DNA from: Candidatus Giovannonibacteria bacterium RIFCSPLOWO2_12_FULL_44_15
GTDB lineage: Bacteria > Patescibacteriota > Minisyncoccia > JACPKW01 > UBA11713
Reading direction: 5' to 3'
Length of the DNA stretch: 42,503 nt
Assembly: GCA_001778905.1 (NCBI GenBank)
Contig: MFIQ01000026.1
Location: forward strand, 1 to 42,503
How positions within the stretch are numbered: position 1 is the stretch's first letter; each line of letters opens with the position of its first letter. Positions 17,416 to 27,566 of this stretch are shown piece by piece. A program made the position numbers and the translations under genes. The notes under the pieces are model-generated. The model did no database searches and was not told the origin of the DNA. It saw nothing but the letters and a program-made list of their open reading frames with translations.

Positions 17416-18507
17416 TTATTGTCCAGCGATCTTCAAAATCGCGAGCTCAAGCGGGAGCTGTTGGAGATATGCAATTTTCAAGAGAGGATATGCGTCATTT
17501 AAATTATTCAGGACTGTCTCGAATTTTTTGATATCATTTTCTTTGGCGAAGTTTTTCATGGCATTCAATTCCGATTCGGATATAAAATTTGCTAGTTCTT
17601 TTTCGTAGGCGGGGTCAATTTTAAGATAGAGCATAAACCGAAAATTCCTGATCAAAAGTTTTAGAAAAGATTTCTGGTCAACTTCTTCCTCGGAGCTTTT
17701 GTGGACAATCCACAACGCGGATTTTATATCGCGCTCCAGAATTGCCTTGGTCATGCCCAATAGCAAGTCTCGCGCCGGAACGCCGAAGAGCTTTCTTATC
17801 TCTTCCTCTTCAAGCTCGCCCACGCTCGCGGCAAGCGCCTGGTCTAGCATGCTCTCAGCATCCCTGAGCGATCCTGAAGCTAGAACGGAAATTATGCTCA
17901 AAATTTCCTCATCAACTTTTATTTTCTCCTTCCTGACAATCATATCGAGCGCTTTTTGAATATCCTCCTCCATTATTTTCCGGAATTCAAAGTGCTGGGT
18001 GCGGGAAATTATGGTATCCAAAACTTTTTCGAGCTCGGTTGTCGCAAGAATGAAAATTACGTGCGCCGGGGGTTCCTCGAGCGTTTTTAAAAGCGCATTA
18101 AAAGCTTCTTTGGTCAGCATATGAACCTCGTCGATGATATAAACTTTGTATTTTGCGCGAAACGGCAAAGAGCGAATCCCTTCGCGGAGCGATCTTATCT
18201 CGTCTACCCCGCGCGATGAAGCCGCGTCTATTTCAATCAAATCTAGCCCAACCCCCGAAAAAAATTCTTTGCAAATCTCGCATTTGTTGCAGGGGCGTTT
18301 TTCGGGAGAGTCCTCAAGACAGTTTGCTGCCCGCGCGAAAATCCGCGCAACGGTGGTTTTCCCGGTTCCCGCGGGTCCGGAGAAAAGATACGCATGAGCG
18401 ATTCTATTTTTTAAGATGGAGGCGCGAAGGACTTCTACAACCGATTTTTGGCCGACGATCTCGCCGAAATCCTGCGGGCGATATTTCCGATAGAGCACCT
18501 CGCTCAT
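17416..18507 (-). CDS. dnaX: DNA polymerase III subunit gamma/tau (short form)
   Basis: LYRKYRPQDF, HAYLFSGPAGTGKTT, PCNKCEIC, EIDAAS, IIDEVHML, AFNALLKTLEEPP. Confidence 0.97.
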   Translation of the reverse strand: MSEVLYRKYRPQDFGEIVGQKSVVEVLRASILKNRIAHAYLFSGPAGTGKTTVARIFARAANCLEDSPEKRPCNKCEICKEFFSGVGLDLIEIDAASSRGVDEIRSLREGIRSLPFRAKYKVYIIDEVHMLTKEAFNALLKTLEEPPAHVIFILATTELEKVLDTIISRTQHFEFRKIMEEDIQKALDMIVRKEKIKVDEEILSIISVLASGSLRDAESMLDQALAASVGELEEEEIRKLFGVPARDLLLGMTKAILERDIKSALWIVHKSSEEEVDQKSFLKLLIRNFRFMLYLKIDPAYEKELANFISESELNAMKNFAKENDIKKFETVLNNLNDAYPLLKIAYLQQLPLELAILKIAGQ

Positions 18508-19106
18508 TTTTTTTGCGCGAAAACTATAAATCTATATCCGATAAAATTCCAGATTAACGCTATGGCGCTTGCGACAACTTTTGCGATATTCAGCCACTCT
18601 TTGGTGTCGAACGCCGCGGGACTCGAAATATATGTCGTTAAAATAATTATAACGCCGCTATTGATCAAGAGGCCCAAGACGGTAACGGTCAGAAATTTAG
18701 GAAAGTCGTGGAAAAGCGATCCTTCTCCCGAGGCGGAAGGAAAGACCCATAATTTATTCCACAGATACCCGTTCGTAACCGCAACCAAAAAACCTGGGAT
18801 ATTAATGAGGCCGACCGTTGTCCCCGCAGTAACCCGCGTCGCGTCACTTACGAGGTTTAATACAGCAAAATCAATTGAGGCGCTCAAAAATCCGACTGTC
18901 GCGAATTTTCCAAACTGCTTGAAAAATGGGACAAAACGCGAAAGAAAATATCCAAGCCATACGCCCCCGCCCCACAATATCGGGATTCCGCCCAAGATAA
19001 TCAAGTTCTTATTTTGAAAATTGATAGATAAGTAAAAGAATATTGTCAAAACAAAAAAGCCGGTTAAAATTCCGACAACGGCACCGATCAAGATATCCTT
19101 CTTCAT
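18504..19106 (-). CDS. GtrA family protein (putative lipid-sugar flippase) with two extra N-terminal TMs
   Basis: QFGKFATVGFLSASIDFAVLN, NGYLWNKLWVF, AKVVASAIALIWNFIGYRFIVF; alternative start 19115. Confidence 0.88.
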   Translation of the reverse strand: MKKDILIGAVVGILTGFFVLTIFFYLSINFQNKNLIILGGIPILWGGGVWLGYFLSRFVPFFKQFGKFATVGFLSASIDFAVLNLVSDATRVTAGTTVGLINIPGFLVAVTNGYLWNKLWVFPSASGEGSLFHDFPKFLTVTVLGLLINSGVIIILTTYISSPAAFDTKEWLNIAKVVASAIALIWNFIGYRFIVFAQKK

Positions 19107-19134
19107 AGATAACATAATACCATATAATTACTTC

Positions 19135-20769
19135 ATGTCTGGTAAAGCATTTTTGGCGCTTCTAGGAATTATTGCGCTTTCGGTATTTTTGCGTTTCTGG
19201 GACCTTGGATCGACTCCCCCTGGCCTTTACCCCGACGAGGCCATGAATGGGAATGATGCCTCTGAAGCACTGGCAAATAAACAATTCGAAGTATTCTATC
19301 GGGATAATAACGGTCGTGAAGGCCTTTTCATAAATATCCAAGCGCTCTCTATATCAATTTTTGGAAACAAACCATGGGCCCTTCGCGGAGTTTCCGGAAT
19401 CTTTGGAGTTTTTACTGTCCTCGGCATTTTTCTACTTTCACGGGAAATGTTTCGTTCGCGCCAAAATCGCGATAGACTCGCGCTTCTTGCCGCTTTCTTT
19501 CTTGCTACAAGTTTCTGGCACATTAATTTTTCGCGGATCGGCTTTCGCGCTATCATGGCTCCATTCTTTCTTGTCTGGGGGCTATATTTTTTCTTCAGAT
19601 TTTATAAGGATATTGGATCGGCGCCCTCGCAAATAATATCGGCTGCGGCAGGCGGGCTTTTATTCGGCCTCGGCTTCCATAGTTATATTGCTTACCGCGC
19701 CGCCCCACTTCTCCTTCTCCCGCTTATAATTTCGGGATGGAATAAGCCGCGCCGCGATACTTGTTTCCCCTGCCTTGCCTTAATCTTCATACTATTCGCC
19801 GCGATAGCTTTTATCCCCTTAGGATTATTTTTCTTCGACCACCCGGCGGATTTTTTCGGACGAACCTCGCAGATTTCCGTTTTCTCCGAACCATTGCCGC
19901 TCAAGGCTTTCGTTATAAATGCGGCCAAGACGATAGGGATGTTCTGGATATACGGAGATCCAAATTGGCGTCATAATTTTTCAGGCGCGCCGGAGCTTTC
20001 AATTATAGTCGGGATATTTTTCTTAATAGGCGTAATCATAGCCAAAATAAATATATTCAAAAAATCTTCCGATCTAACGGAGCGATTCAATTCCGCATTC
20101 CTTATTTTCTGGATTGCGCTCATGCTCATCCCCGTAATGATATCTTCCGAGGGGCTTCCTCACGCGCTTAGAAGCATTATCGCGATTCCACCGGTTATGA
20201 TCTTATCTGCCTTCGGGCTCGAGAAAATAATAGAATATTCAAAGAGGTGGCTCAAAAAAAACAGGGAAAAACATCCGGGACATTCACACCAGCTTTCAAG
20301 AATCGGGAAAGAGTTCGGCCTTCTTTTGGCGGTTATGGTAATAGCAATCGCGGCTAACGCGTACGACACATATTTCAACCGATGGGCGAGGCATCCGGAA
20401 GTACCCGCTGCCTTTAATACGCACGACTGGAATATTGCGCAGTATTTAAATACGCTCCCTGACAATGTCGATAAATACATCGTGATTGCTGGCGAACGAT
20501 TGGACGGACGAATTGTTACGATCTCAAGCCAATCGGTTTTATTTGGGACAGATACCTTTCTTCCCGAAGCCCGGATGCGCAAAAATTTTCATTACCTTTC
20601 TCCGGAAGACCTAGATGCCGAATTTCAAAAGAAACTTCCGGAACAAGCGGTGGTCGTTTTTCTCACGAAAGAAGATAAAAATTTTGCCTCCTCTCTCGTG
20701 AAAAAATACTCAAGAATCAGGCTTGCTGTTCCCGGAGATTTTATTGCCCTTATTATTTCCCCTCTTTAA
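19135..20769 (+). CDS. GT-C fold glycosyltransferase (ArnT/PMT-like, GT39/83)
   Basis: LRFWDL..PPGLYPDEAMNG, ALRGVSGIFG, WHINFSRIGFRAI, multiple TMs. Confidence 0.85.
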   Translation: MSGKAFLALLGIIALSVFLRFWDLGSTPPGLYPDEAMNGNDASEALANKQFEVFYRDNNGREGLFINIQALSISIFGNKPWALRGVSGIFGVFTVLGIFLLSREMFRSRQNRDRLALLAAFFLATSFWHINFSRIGFRAIMAPFFLVWGLYFFFRFYKDIGSAPSQIISAAAGGLLFGLGFHSYIAYRAAPLLLLPLIISGWNKPRRDTCFPCLALIFILFAAIAFIPLGLFFFDHPADFFGRTSQISVFSEPLPLKAFVINAAKTIGMFWIYGDPNWRHNFSGAPELSIIVGIFFLIGVIIAKINIFKKSSDLTERFNSAFLIFWIALMLIPVMISSEGLPHALRSIIAIPPVMILSAFGLEKIIEYSKRWLKKNREKHPGHSHQLSRIGKEFGLLLAVMVIAIAANAYDTYFNRWARHPEVPAAFNTHDWNIAQYLNTLPDNVDKYIVIAGERLDGRIVTISSQSVLFGTDTFLPEARMRKNFHYLSPEDLDAEFQKKLPEQAVVVFLTKEDKNFASSLVKKYSRIRLAVPGDFIALIISPL

Positions 20770-20903
20770 TCTCCAAATAAAAAATAATGTTATGATAAAA
20801 ATGACGGCTAAAAGTTCGGGCGGAAATATGATTCGGGCCATCGCCAGAATGATTTTGATATACTGCTCGATAAAATCTCCCATACAGTAAAAGTATATTC
20901 CAT

Positions 20904-22730
20904 ATGACAAAAAAATACACCATTATCCCTGCCTTCTTTATCCTCGGAGTAATGTTCCTCCTTTTGTTTACATCGGCCCTGAATGATTCCGCAACTTTCG
21001 ACGAAGTGGCCCATATAGGCGCCGGATACACTTATCTGAAATACAAAGACTCGCGGTTAAATCCGGAACATCCCCCTCTGATGAAGGATTTGGCAGCTTT
21101 GCCTCTCATGTTCATGGATTTGAAATTTGATATAAGCCAGCCATTTTGGAATTCTGAAAACGTAAACGACAGGCAGTGGATAGCCGGCAACCTGCTCTTA
21201 TACGGCTCGGGGAATGACCCGGATAAAATAATATTCTGGTCGCGCCTTCCGATAATGCTCTTAGCGCTCGTCTTCGGATGGCTTTTATTCCGCTGGGTAG
21301 GATCGCTTTACGGAGAGAGGGTCGGGCTCATGGTCCTTTTTCTTTACGCATTCTCTCCGACCTTTCTCGCCCATTCGAGGTACGTAACAACGGATGTTGC
21401 GGCTGCTTTTGGATTTTTCATCGGGCTCGCAAGTTTTTTAAGATTTCTCATACGTCCAACTTTAAAACGCACGCTCGTCGCCGGAATATGCCTCGGCATT
21501 GCTTTGCTTCTTAAATTTTCTCTTTTTCTCTTGCTCCCGATATACGCTGGCCTTGCAATCCTTTGGATTTTCCTCGAAGCTAGAGAAAATTCGTACAATT
21601 TTAAATTTGCTTGGGCGCTCGCTGGGAAAATTATTTTAATAGGCGTCATAGCTCTCTTGATAATTTGGGCGTTCTATATATATCACGTCTGGAACTATCC
21701 GCAGCCGGAGCAGCTCCGCGATGAGACCTGGGTCATGGGCACTTTTGGCAAGCGCTATCTCGTTGATATTGATACCTTTTTGATCAGAAATAAATACACT
21801 CGTCCGTTGGGGCAATATTACTTGGGGTTATTGATGGTCATCCAGCGGGCCCGCGGAGGCAATACGACATATTTTATGGGCGAGGTTTCCTCATCCGGAT
21901 GGCCGAATTATTTTCCCACCGCATATCTCATAAAAGAAACTATCTCATTTCACGTCCTTACGCTATTTGCGGTTTTCCTTTCTCTCCGTAGAATTAAGCG
22001 AAGCAAAGAAAAAAATATCGTGGTGCTCCTGGATTGGGCGAAAGGCAATTTTGTGCTTTTGGCCTGCATATTATTTATATCGGTTTATTGGATATATTCC
22101 ATGAAAGGCATATTAAATATCGGAGTCAGGCACGTCCTGCCGACTTTCCCCTTCATTTATCTCTTGGTCGCGCGTGAACTTGCGGCGTGGATTTATCGCC
22201 CTGCCTCGGATTCACCTAATGGACTTATGGACTGGATTAATCTCATATACGAAAAAATATTTGAGCCCCTACCGAAAATTCTATTTTTGGCGCTAATGTT
22301 TTTGTGGATTTTTGGCTCCGCAATATTGACCTATCCCTACTATCTTTCGTACTATAACGAATTTGTCGGGATCGATAACGGTTACAAATATATCGGGGAC
22401 TCCAATTACGACTGGGGGCAGGACTTAAAGCGCTTGCGCGACTTGATCCAAGACGATCCAGCTTTCGCCGGGAAAAAAATATACCTAAACTATTTCGGTG
22501 GAGGTTCTCCAAGTTATTATCTTGGAGAAAAATATGAAGATTGGTGGTCGGCAAAAGGCGCGCCATCTTCAGGATCATACTTCGCGGTTTCCTCGACTCT
22601 TCTCGCTGGCGCCCAAGGAAGACCGACTAAAGGAATCGTCATTAAGCCCGAGGATTCGTATAGCTGGCTTCTGGGCGAGGAACCCGTAGCCCGCGCCGGA
22701 AAATCTATTTTGATATATAAAATTCCCTAG
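20904..22730 (+). CDS. GT-C fold glycosyltransferase (ArnT/PMT-like)
   Basis: SATFDEVAHIGAGY, NPEHPPLMK, AFSPTFLAHSRYVTTD, NIGVRHVLP, DSNYDWGQDL. Confidence 0.87.
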   Translation: MTKKYTIIPAFFILGVMFLLLFTSALNDSATFDEVAHIGAGYTYLKYKDSRLNPEHPPLMKDLAALPLMFMDLKFDISQPFWNSENVNDRQWIAGNLLLYGSGNDPDKIIFWSRLPIMLLALVFGWLLFRWVGSLYGERVGLMVLFLYAFSPTFLAHSRYVTTDVAAAFGFFIGLASFLRFLIRPTLKRTLVAGICLGIALLLKFSLFLLLPIYAGLAILWIFLEARENSYNFKFAWALAGKIILIGVIALLIIWAFYIYHVWNYPQPEQLRDETWVMGTFGKRYLVDIDTFLIRNKYTRPLGQYYLGLLMVIQRARGGNTTYFMGEVSSSGWPNYFPTAYLIKETISFHVLTLFAVFLSLRRIKRSKEKNIVVLLDWAKGNFVLLACILFISVYWIYSMKGILNIGVRHVLPTFPFIYLLVARELAAWIYRPASDSPNGLMDWINLIYEKIFEPLPKILFLALMFLWIFGSAILTYPYYLSYYNEFVGIDNGYKYIGDSNYDWGQDLKRLRDLIQDDPAFAGKKIYLNYFGGGSPSYYLGEKYEDWWSAKGAPSSGSYFAVSSTLLAGAQGRPTKGIVIKPEDSYSWLLGEEPVARAGKSILIYKIP

Positions 22731-22733
22731 CTC

Positions 22734-24182
22734 TTACCAATTAATGCATTCTGGGTCGCCTGCCGCAGCAATTTGTGAAGTGTAATCGGTTTGCAACTTT
22801 TCCTGCCATACTGCGAGATCGCGAATCAAATCTTGCGGAATTACCCCCCCGCGCCAGAATATTGGCTGCTCTCCCCGCGGCACGCAATATAAATTACTCC
22901 CCGCTTCGAGGTTAGAAACACGGGAAGAATCTGCTGAGATAAACACATTATTTATATTTATCTCTGGGTATCGAATACCTCGGAAACGGTTGTTGAAAAT
23001 CTTTATATCGGTGCTCGGGAGGCATCCTTGGCCATTTCGGCAGCCGTCAGTATGGGCCGGATTCTCCGTTCCAAAATCAACGCCAATTTTAGCGCGGGTT
23101 ACGGAATTATTATTAAATGAGCAATTTAAACAATGGGAAATTCCTACTGCGCTATGCACATTTTCAAATGTATTGCCTTCTGCCCGAATATCATATGCCT
23201 CATAGTCATTAAGGTGTTTAGAGCTTCCGTCGGCGCCCAGAGCTAATATCGGCTTTTCTATTTTTAGGTTTAAGAAGCGATTGTTGCGTATCAATACATT
23301 GCGCGCCCCGAACTTAAATCCGAATCCCCCGCCGTCGCGCACCGTATTATTTTCAACGATCCAGTCGCGCGCTTTTGTACCGTCGATTGCTTGCTCGTTG
23401 GGGCCGCTGAATTCGTTACCATAGATATATACCGGCCCTTTGTCATCCGTCGCCTTAATTGAATCGCTATCTTCGCTGTATGAGCCGATAAGCTTGTTGC
23501 ATCTGATATGAGTATTGATTGCGCCGATTTGAATATTGCGCCCATAAGCATTGTCAAATGTGAGCCCTTGTACAATTACATTGCTTCCGTATATTTCAAA
23601 AATCGTCCAAATTTTTCCCGGGGCATCCGGGTAGTTGCACGTAGCAATATTTGTCGGGCAAGTTCCGTCAATAATTGCTTCCTCTCCGTTATAATTCATC
23701 AAAACTACGGATTCGGTGTCCGATTGTCCATTAGCGTGGATTATCAGGGGCTGAAGCGGTTCTTTTGGAAAAAGTTTTAGGGGATGGATAAAGTAAGTCC
23801 CTTTGCGAACTTTTACCGTTACGGATTTCGTGCCGAAATTACCTTCCGAGGTAAGAAAAAGTTTCTCGCGTACACGGGACGAAGTAAAATCTTTAAACGG
23901 ACAATGATTGCCTCCTTCATTAGTTGGCGCCAAACCATCGCACTGTTCATTATCTGCCCCCGGCTCATTGACGGCAACATAATAGATAGCATCTGTGTTG
24001 GGCGTAATTAGAGATTCGGCGCACATTGGAAGAATAGTGGCCGAAAGATCGTTAATAGTCGTTGAGCTTGATCCAGGACGGCTTGTATCAAGTCCCGAAT
24101 CATTTATGTATTTAAACCAAATGAATAAGGCCGCTATAACAATTAATAACAAGATAATTATATATATTAAAAGTTTTTTCAT
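22734..24182 (-). CDS. Membrane-anchored right-handed parallel beta-helix protein
   Basis: N-terminal TM, YYVAVN..DG..PFK, VRKGTY, NYNGEEAIIDG, repeated I.GN.F / V.NN.. strands. Confidence 0.8.
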   Translation of the reverse strand: MKKLLIYIIILLLIVIAALFIWFKYINDSGLDTSRPGSSSTTINDLSATILPMCAESLITPNTDAIYYVAVNEPGADNEQCDGLAPTNEGGNHCPFKDFTSSRVREKLFLTSEGNFGTKSVTVKVRKGTYFIHPLKLFPKEPLQPLIIHANGQSDTESVVLMNYNGEEAIIDGTCPTNIATCNYPDAPGKIWTIFEIYGSNVIVQGLTFDNAYGRNIQIGAINTHIRCNKLIGSYSEDSDSIKATDDKGPVYIYGNEFSGPNEQAIDGTKARDWIVENNTVRDGGGFGFKFGARNVLIRNNRFLNLKIEKPILALGADGSSKHLNDYEAYDIRAEGNTFENVHSAVGISHCLNCSFNNNSVTRAKIGVDFGTENPAHTDGCRNGQGCLPSTDIKIFNNRFRGIRYPEININNVFISADSSRVSNLEAGSNLYCVPRGEQPIFWRGGVIPQDLIRDLAVWQEKLQTDYTSQIAAAGDPECINW

Positions 24183-24196
24183 ATAACAACGCGGAA

Positions 24197-25006
24197 TTAA
24201 AATTTATAAAAAACTTTGTCCGGGAAACGTAAATCCACGTATTCGAGCGCATTAGATTTTTCCTTTATCTCGCCTGACCTAAGCGCAAGCGAGAGATTTT
24301 CCAGAGATTTCTCGATATCGGTCTCGGCGTCTATTATCATATAGAAGCCGTTCTTGGGATATAAATAATAAGTTTCTCCGTCCTTTTTTATATATATCTT
24401 AACGATATCACTTTGAATAATCTTAGCAATGCCTTCCGTCATCCGGGATATTTTATTAAAATCTTCAGGCGGCAAAATATTTTTATGCAAGAAATCATCT
24501 TCTCTCGCATCCACAATGCTCAATATTACTCCTCCCGATAAGGCTGCTGATTTATCAAACGCAAACCCTCCTTCATCCAAAAGGAGGCAGCTATTTCCGT
24601 TCTCGGAACACCAAATCGCCCAAGTTTTCCGCTCGGTTATTGATATATCGAGAGTTGAGGGAAACTCTTTTTTGACTTCGAAATCCCTAAACCTATATTT
24701 CCCGGACAAAATATCTTCAATATTTTTTTTGGGCAAAAACAGCATATGATCCCGCGGAATGATAAGCCATTTTATTCCCTCAAGCGCTCCGAGGATTTCC
24801 GCGCGCAATTCTTTCTCATCAATCTTATCGAGTCCGGAAATATTTATGGTGGATGCGCGCAACGACGGCACATAAAATAAAAGTGTCGCGACGGCGGATG
24901 CTATTCCCAAAATACCGATCCCGAAAAGGACTTTAATAACAATGCCTCTCTGATGCCTCCTATGAGACGTTTTTAGAAGATCTTGGCGTAATGACATCTT
25001 TACCAA
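24197..25006 (-). CDS. ftsQ: Cell division protein FtsQ/DivIB-like
   Basis: Single TM, INISGL, KEFPSTLDISITER (POTRA), C-terminal EYVDLRFPDKVFYK. Confidence 0.8.
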   Translation of the reverse strand: MVKMSLRQDLLKTSHRRHQRGIVIKVLFGIGILGIASAVATLLFYVPSLRASTINISGLDKIDEKELRAEILGALEGIKWLIIPRDHMLFLPKKNIEDILSGKYRFRDFEVKKEFPSTLDISITERKTWAIWCSENGNSCLLLDEGGFAFDKSAALSGGVILSIVDAREDDFLHKNILPPEDFNKISRMTEGIAKIIQSDIVKIYIKKDGETYYLYPKNGFYMIIDAETDIEKSLENLSLALRSGEIKEKSNALEYVDLRFPDKVFYKF

Positions 25007-26243
25007 TATATTTCCTCAACACCTCCGGAATTAGAACCGAGCCGTCTTCTATTTGGTGATTTTCGAGCAGGGACTGCAAAATTCTCGGGGTCGCAATCGC
25101 GGTGTTGTTCAGAGAATGCGCAAAGCGGGTTTTGCCGTCAGCTGATTTGTACCGTATTTTAAGCCGCCTAGTCTGGAAGTCGTGGACGATTGAAGATGAA
25201 TGCGATTCGCGGTAGCGCTTCTCTGAAGGTATCCACGCCTCGATGTCGTACATTTTAACAAATCCAAAAGGCAGGTCCCCCGCGCAATTTATCACTACTC
25301 TATACGGCAATTCGAGCGCCTGGAGAATCTCCTCGGAATACTTGGTAAGTTCTTCGTGCCACCTGACTGATTCCTGGTGCTCCGCCTTGCATAAAATAAT
25401 TTGCTCTACTTTCATAAATTCATGGAGGCGATAAACTCCTTTTTCGTCCTTGCCGTACGAACCAGCTTCTCTCCGATAACACGGGGAAAATGCAACATAT
25501 TTTTTTGGCAATTCCTCCTCCAATAAAATTTCATTTTCGTGATATCCCATCATAGGAATCTCCGCGGATGGTACTAAGAATAAATTGTCGTCTGTCGCGT
25601 ATAAATCCTCCCTAAATAAAGGCAGTTTGCCAGCCTCAATAAAAATATTTTCTTTGACAAGCGACGGCGCGATAAACGGAGTGAATCCTTTCTGCACCAA
25701 ATAATCGAGCGCGAATTGCCAAAGGGCCATAGAAAGCAAGGCCCCTTCATTTTTCAAAAAATACCCACGAAATCCCGAGACCTTTGTCCCCCGTTCCAAG
25801 TCGACCAAGTCCAGTTCGCGCAACAGAGTGTGGTGATCGCGGATTTTGAAGTTGAAATTTTTGGGTTCGCCGACTTTCCTGATCTCAACGTTATCCTCAT
25901 CCGACTTCCCCTCGGGAACGGTGGGATCGGGTATATTCGGGACCAAAAGCATCAGGCGCCGGAATTCTTCATCAATTTTAGAAAATTCTGCTTCTTTTTT
26001 CTGCAAACTTTCTTTCAGTTGCTTTAAATCGTCTAGCTTATCTTTTGAACCTTGCCTACCGGCAGGCAGGAAATTCTCAGACGCTTTATTCTGCTCTTCA
26101 CGCAGAGCCTCCACTTCCTTGATCAGCGCCCGCCTAGCTTCATCTATTTTCAAAAGTCTCTCAAGATCAAAACTATAATGCCTTTTTGAAATCGCCTGCT
26201 TAAGCAGGTCGGGATTTTCACGTATAAATTTCATGTCCAGCAT
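24960..26243 (-). CDS. serS: Serine--tRNA ligase
   Basis: MLDMKFIRENPD, PNIPDPTVPEG, SPCYRREAGSYGKD, LYRLHEF-like VYRLHEFMKVEQ, HSLNNTAIATPR. Confidence 0.98.
   Translation of the reverse strand: MLDMKFIRENPDLLKQAISKRHYSFDLERLLKIDEARRALIKEVEALREEQNKASENFLPAGRQGSKDKLDDLKQLKESLQKKEAEFSKIDEEFRRLMLLVPNIPDPTVPEGKSDEDNVEIRKVGEPKNFNFKIRDHHTLLRELDLVDLERGTKVSGFRGYFLKNEGALLSMALWQFALDYLVQKGFTPFIAPSLVKENIFIEAGKLPLFREDLYATDDNLFLVPSAEIPMMGYHENEILLEEELPKKYVAFSPCYRREAGSYGKDEKGVYRLHEFMKVEQIILCKAEHQESVRWHEELTKYSEEILQALELPYRVVINCAGDLPFGFVKMYDIEAWIPSEKRYRESHSSSIVHDFQTRRLKIRYKSADGKTRFAHSLNNTAIATPRILQSLLENHQIEDGSVLIPEVLRKYIGKDVITPRSSKNVS
26050..26070. repeat. 21-nt GC-rich palindromic element inserted in frame in serS
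   Basis: ccttgcctaccggcaggcagg; removing it converts ENFLPAGRQGSKD to ENFSKD in frame. Confidence 0.8.
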
Positions 26244-26258
26244 AACTTTTAGAATAAA

Positions 26259-26290
26259 TCAAAAAGGCCCATTTGAAAAGGCCTTTTTGA
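26259..26290. terminator. Terminator hairpin
   Basis: tcaaaaaggcc...ggcctttttga. Confidence 0.6.
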
Positions 26291-26304
26291 TTTTATCGCG
26301 TAAA

Positions 26305-26712
26305 TTATCTTATATTCTTCTGGGAAAACGCCATCCTTGCCGTTCGAGTCCAATAATTAATGGATTCCCTAACAAGCTTTCTGCCAAAATATAATGCCAG
26401 AAGCGTCGCCGAAGCGGATATCGCAAATAGATCCCATTCAGTCTTTTGAACCGCGACAAGTATGTACTTAACAAGGCCGAGCAAATCCAGCGATGCCATT
26501 CTAGCCGATAGATTCTCAATTATAACAGCGACGTGCTGGGCCTTTATGGCGTAATAAAGCACTGTCCCGGAAACCGCAATCACGAACGAGGCGGGAACAA
26601 ATACTTTCCGCATAAACCATATAAAATGCACGCGCCTCAAAACACGACTCTTAAGGTCGTCTAATTCATGCTCGCTCCAATTTATATTATTTTTATTTTC
26701 CATATTTTGCAT
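26305..26712 (-). CDS. Membrane protein downstream of ECF sigma factor (candidate anti-sigma)
   Basis: Hydrophobic segments, LKSRVLRRV N-terminus, 10 nt downstream of the sigma gene. Confidence 0.65.
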   Translation of the reverse strand: MQNMENKNNINWSEHELDDLKSRVLRRVHFIWFMRKVFVPASFVIAVSGTVLYYAIKAQHVAVIIENLSARMASLDLLGLVKYILVAVQKTEWDLFAISASATLLALYFGRKLVRESINYWTRTARMAFSQKNIR

Positions 26713-26722
26713 ACAAATTTAT

Positions 26723-27322
26723 TTATATTTGCGTCGCCCCGTCCGAAACACTTCTGAAAACTTCTCTGGCCCTAAATAACCTCATTTTCAGCGCGGGGAT
26801 CGTTATATCTTTACGTTTGGATATCTCTTCGTAGGAAAGGCCTTTTAAATAATGCATTTCCAGAAGTTCCCTGAAATCACCCGGCATTTTCTCTAAAATT
26901 TCTTTAACCAATATCTCCGCTTCCAAATTTTCTTCAAATTCTTTCGAGCCCAAAGTTTCATATAAAAACGTGTCGAGATAAGTCATCTCCCCCATTCGCT
27001 TTTTTAGGGTGCGGTATTTCGTGAGTGCGGTGTTGAAAACGATTTTATACCCCCAGCTCTTGAATTTTGAGTTAGGACCTTCCTGGAGCTGATCGGCGTG
27101 CCGGTAGATTTTCAAAAAAGCATCTTGGACCACGTCCTCCGCCTCCTCTTTGGAATTGAGTATCCTTCCAGCGAAGCGTAAAAACGCAGCCTGATATCTC
27201 TCAACTAAAACCCTGAAGAGATCCGGGTACTCGACAGACGCCGCGAGCAATACCTCGTCCGATGTCTCCTTTAAAGCTTCCGGACCACCTTCCATAAGGC
27301 TTTTGTAACGTTTTTTCGCCAT
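26723..27322 (-). CDS. ECF RNA polymerase sigma factor
   Basis: SDEVLL, LVERYQ, EEAEDVVQDAFLKIY, FKSWGYKI, GLSYEEIS..ALKMRLFRAR. Confidence 0.93.
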   Translation of the reverse strand: MAKKRYKSLMEGGPEALKETSDEVLLAASVEYPDLFRVLVERYQAAFLRFAGRILNSKEEAEDVVQDAFLKIYRHADQLQEGPNSKFKSWGYKIVFNTALTKYRTLKKRMGEMTYLDTFLYETLGSKEFEENLEAEILVKEILEKMPGDFRELLEMHYLKGLSYEEISKRKDITIPALKMRLFRAREVFRSVSDGATQI

Positions 27323-27471
27323 TGCCTATACTATACTCAAAAATAGGTTATTATTCAAGGCGATTCTTGGCCGTTACATATATGACAACTCCCAAAAGTG
27401 ACATTTTGTTTCCCCCCGCAGTTTCTATATACATAAGGTCGCATTAAAAGATTTAAGTATTAAGAACACGC

Positions 27472-27500
27472 GAAAATACCCGCCGCAAGCGGGTATTTTC
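27472..27500. terminator. Terminator hairpin
   Basis: gaaaatacccgc-cgcaa-gcgggtattttc perfect 12-bp stem. Confidence 0.7.
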
Positions 27501-27566
27501 TTGCTGATAAAAAAGGACGGCTCCCTGCACTTGAGGGCTACCGTCCAATCGCTTCTTTGGAACACT

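Noticed and set aside
27375..27430. Autoregulatory ECF promoter (GAAAC..GTC) upstream of the sigma gene
   Set aside because: Several possible registers, none with convincing spacing
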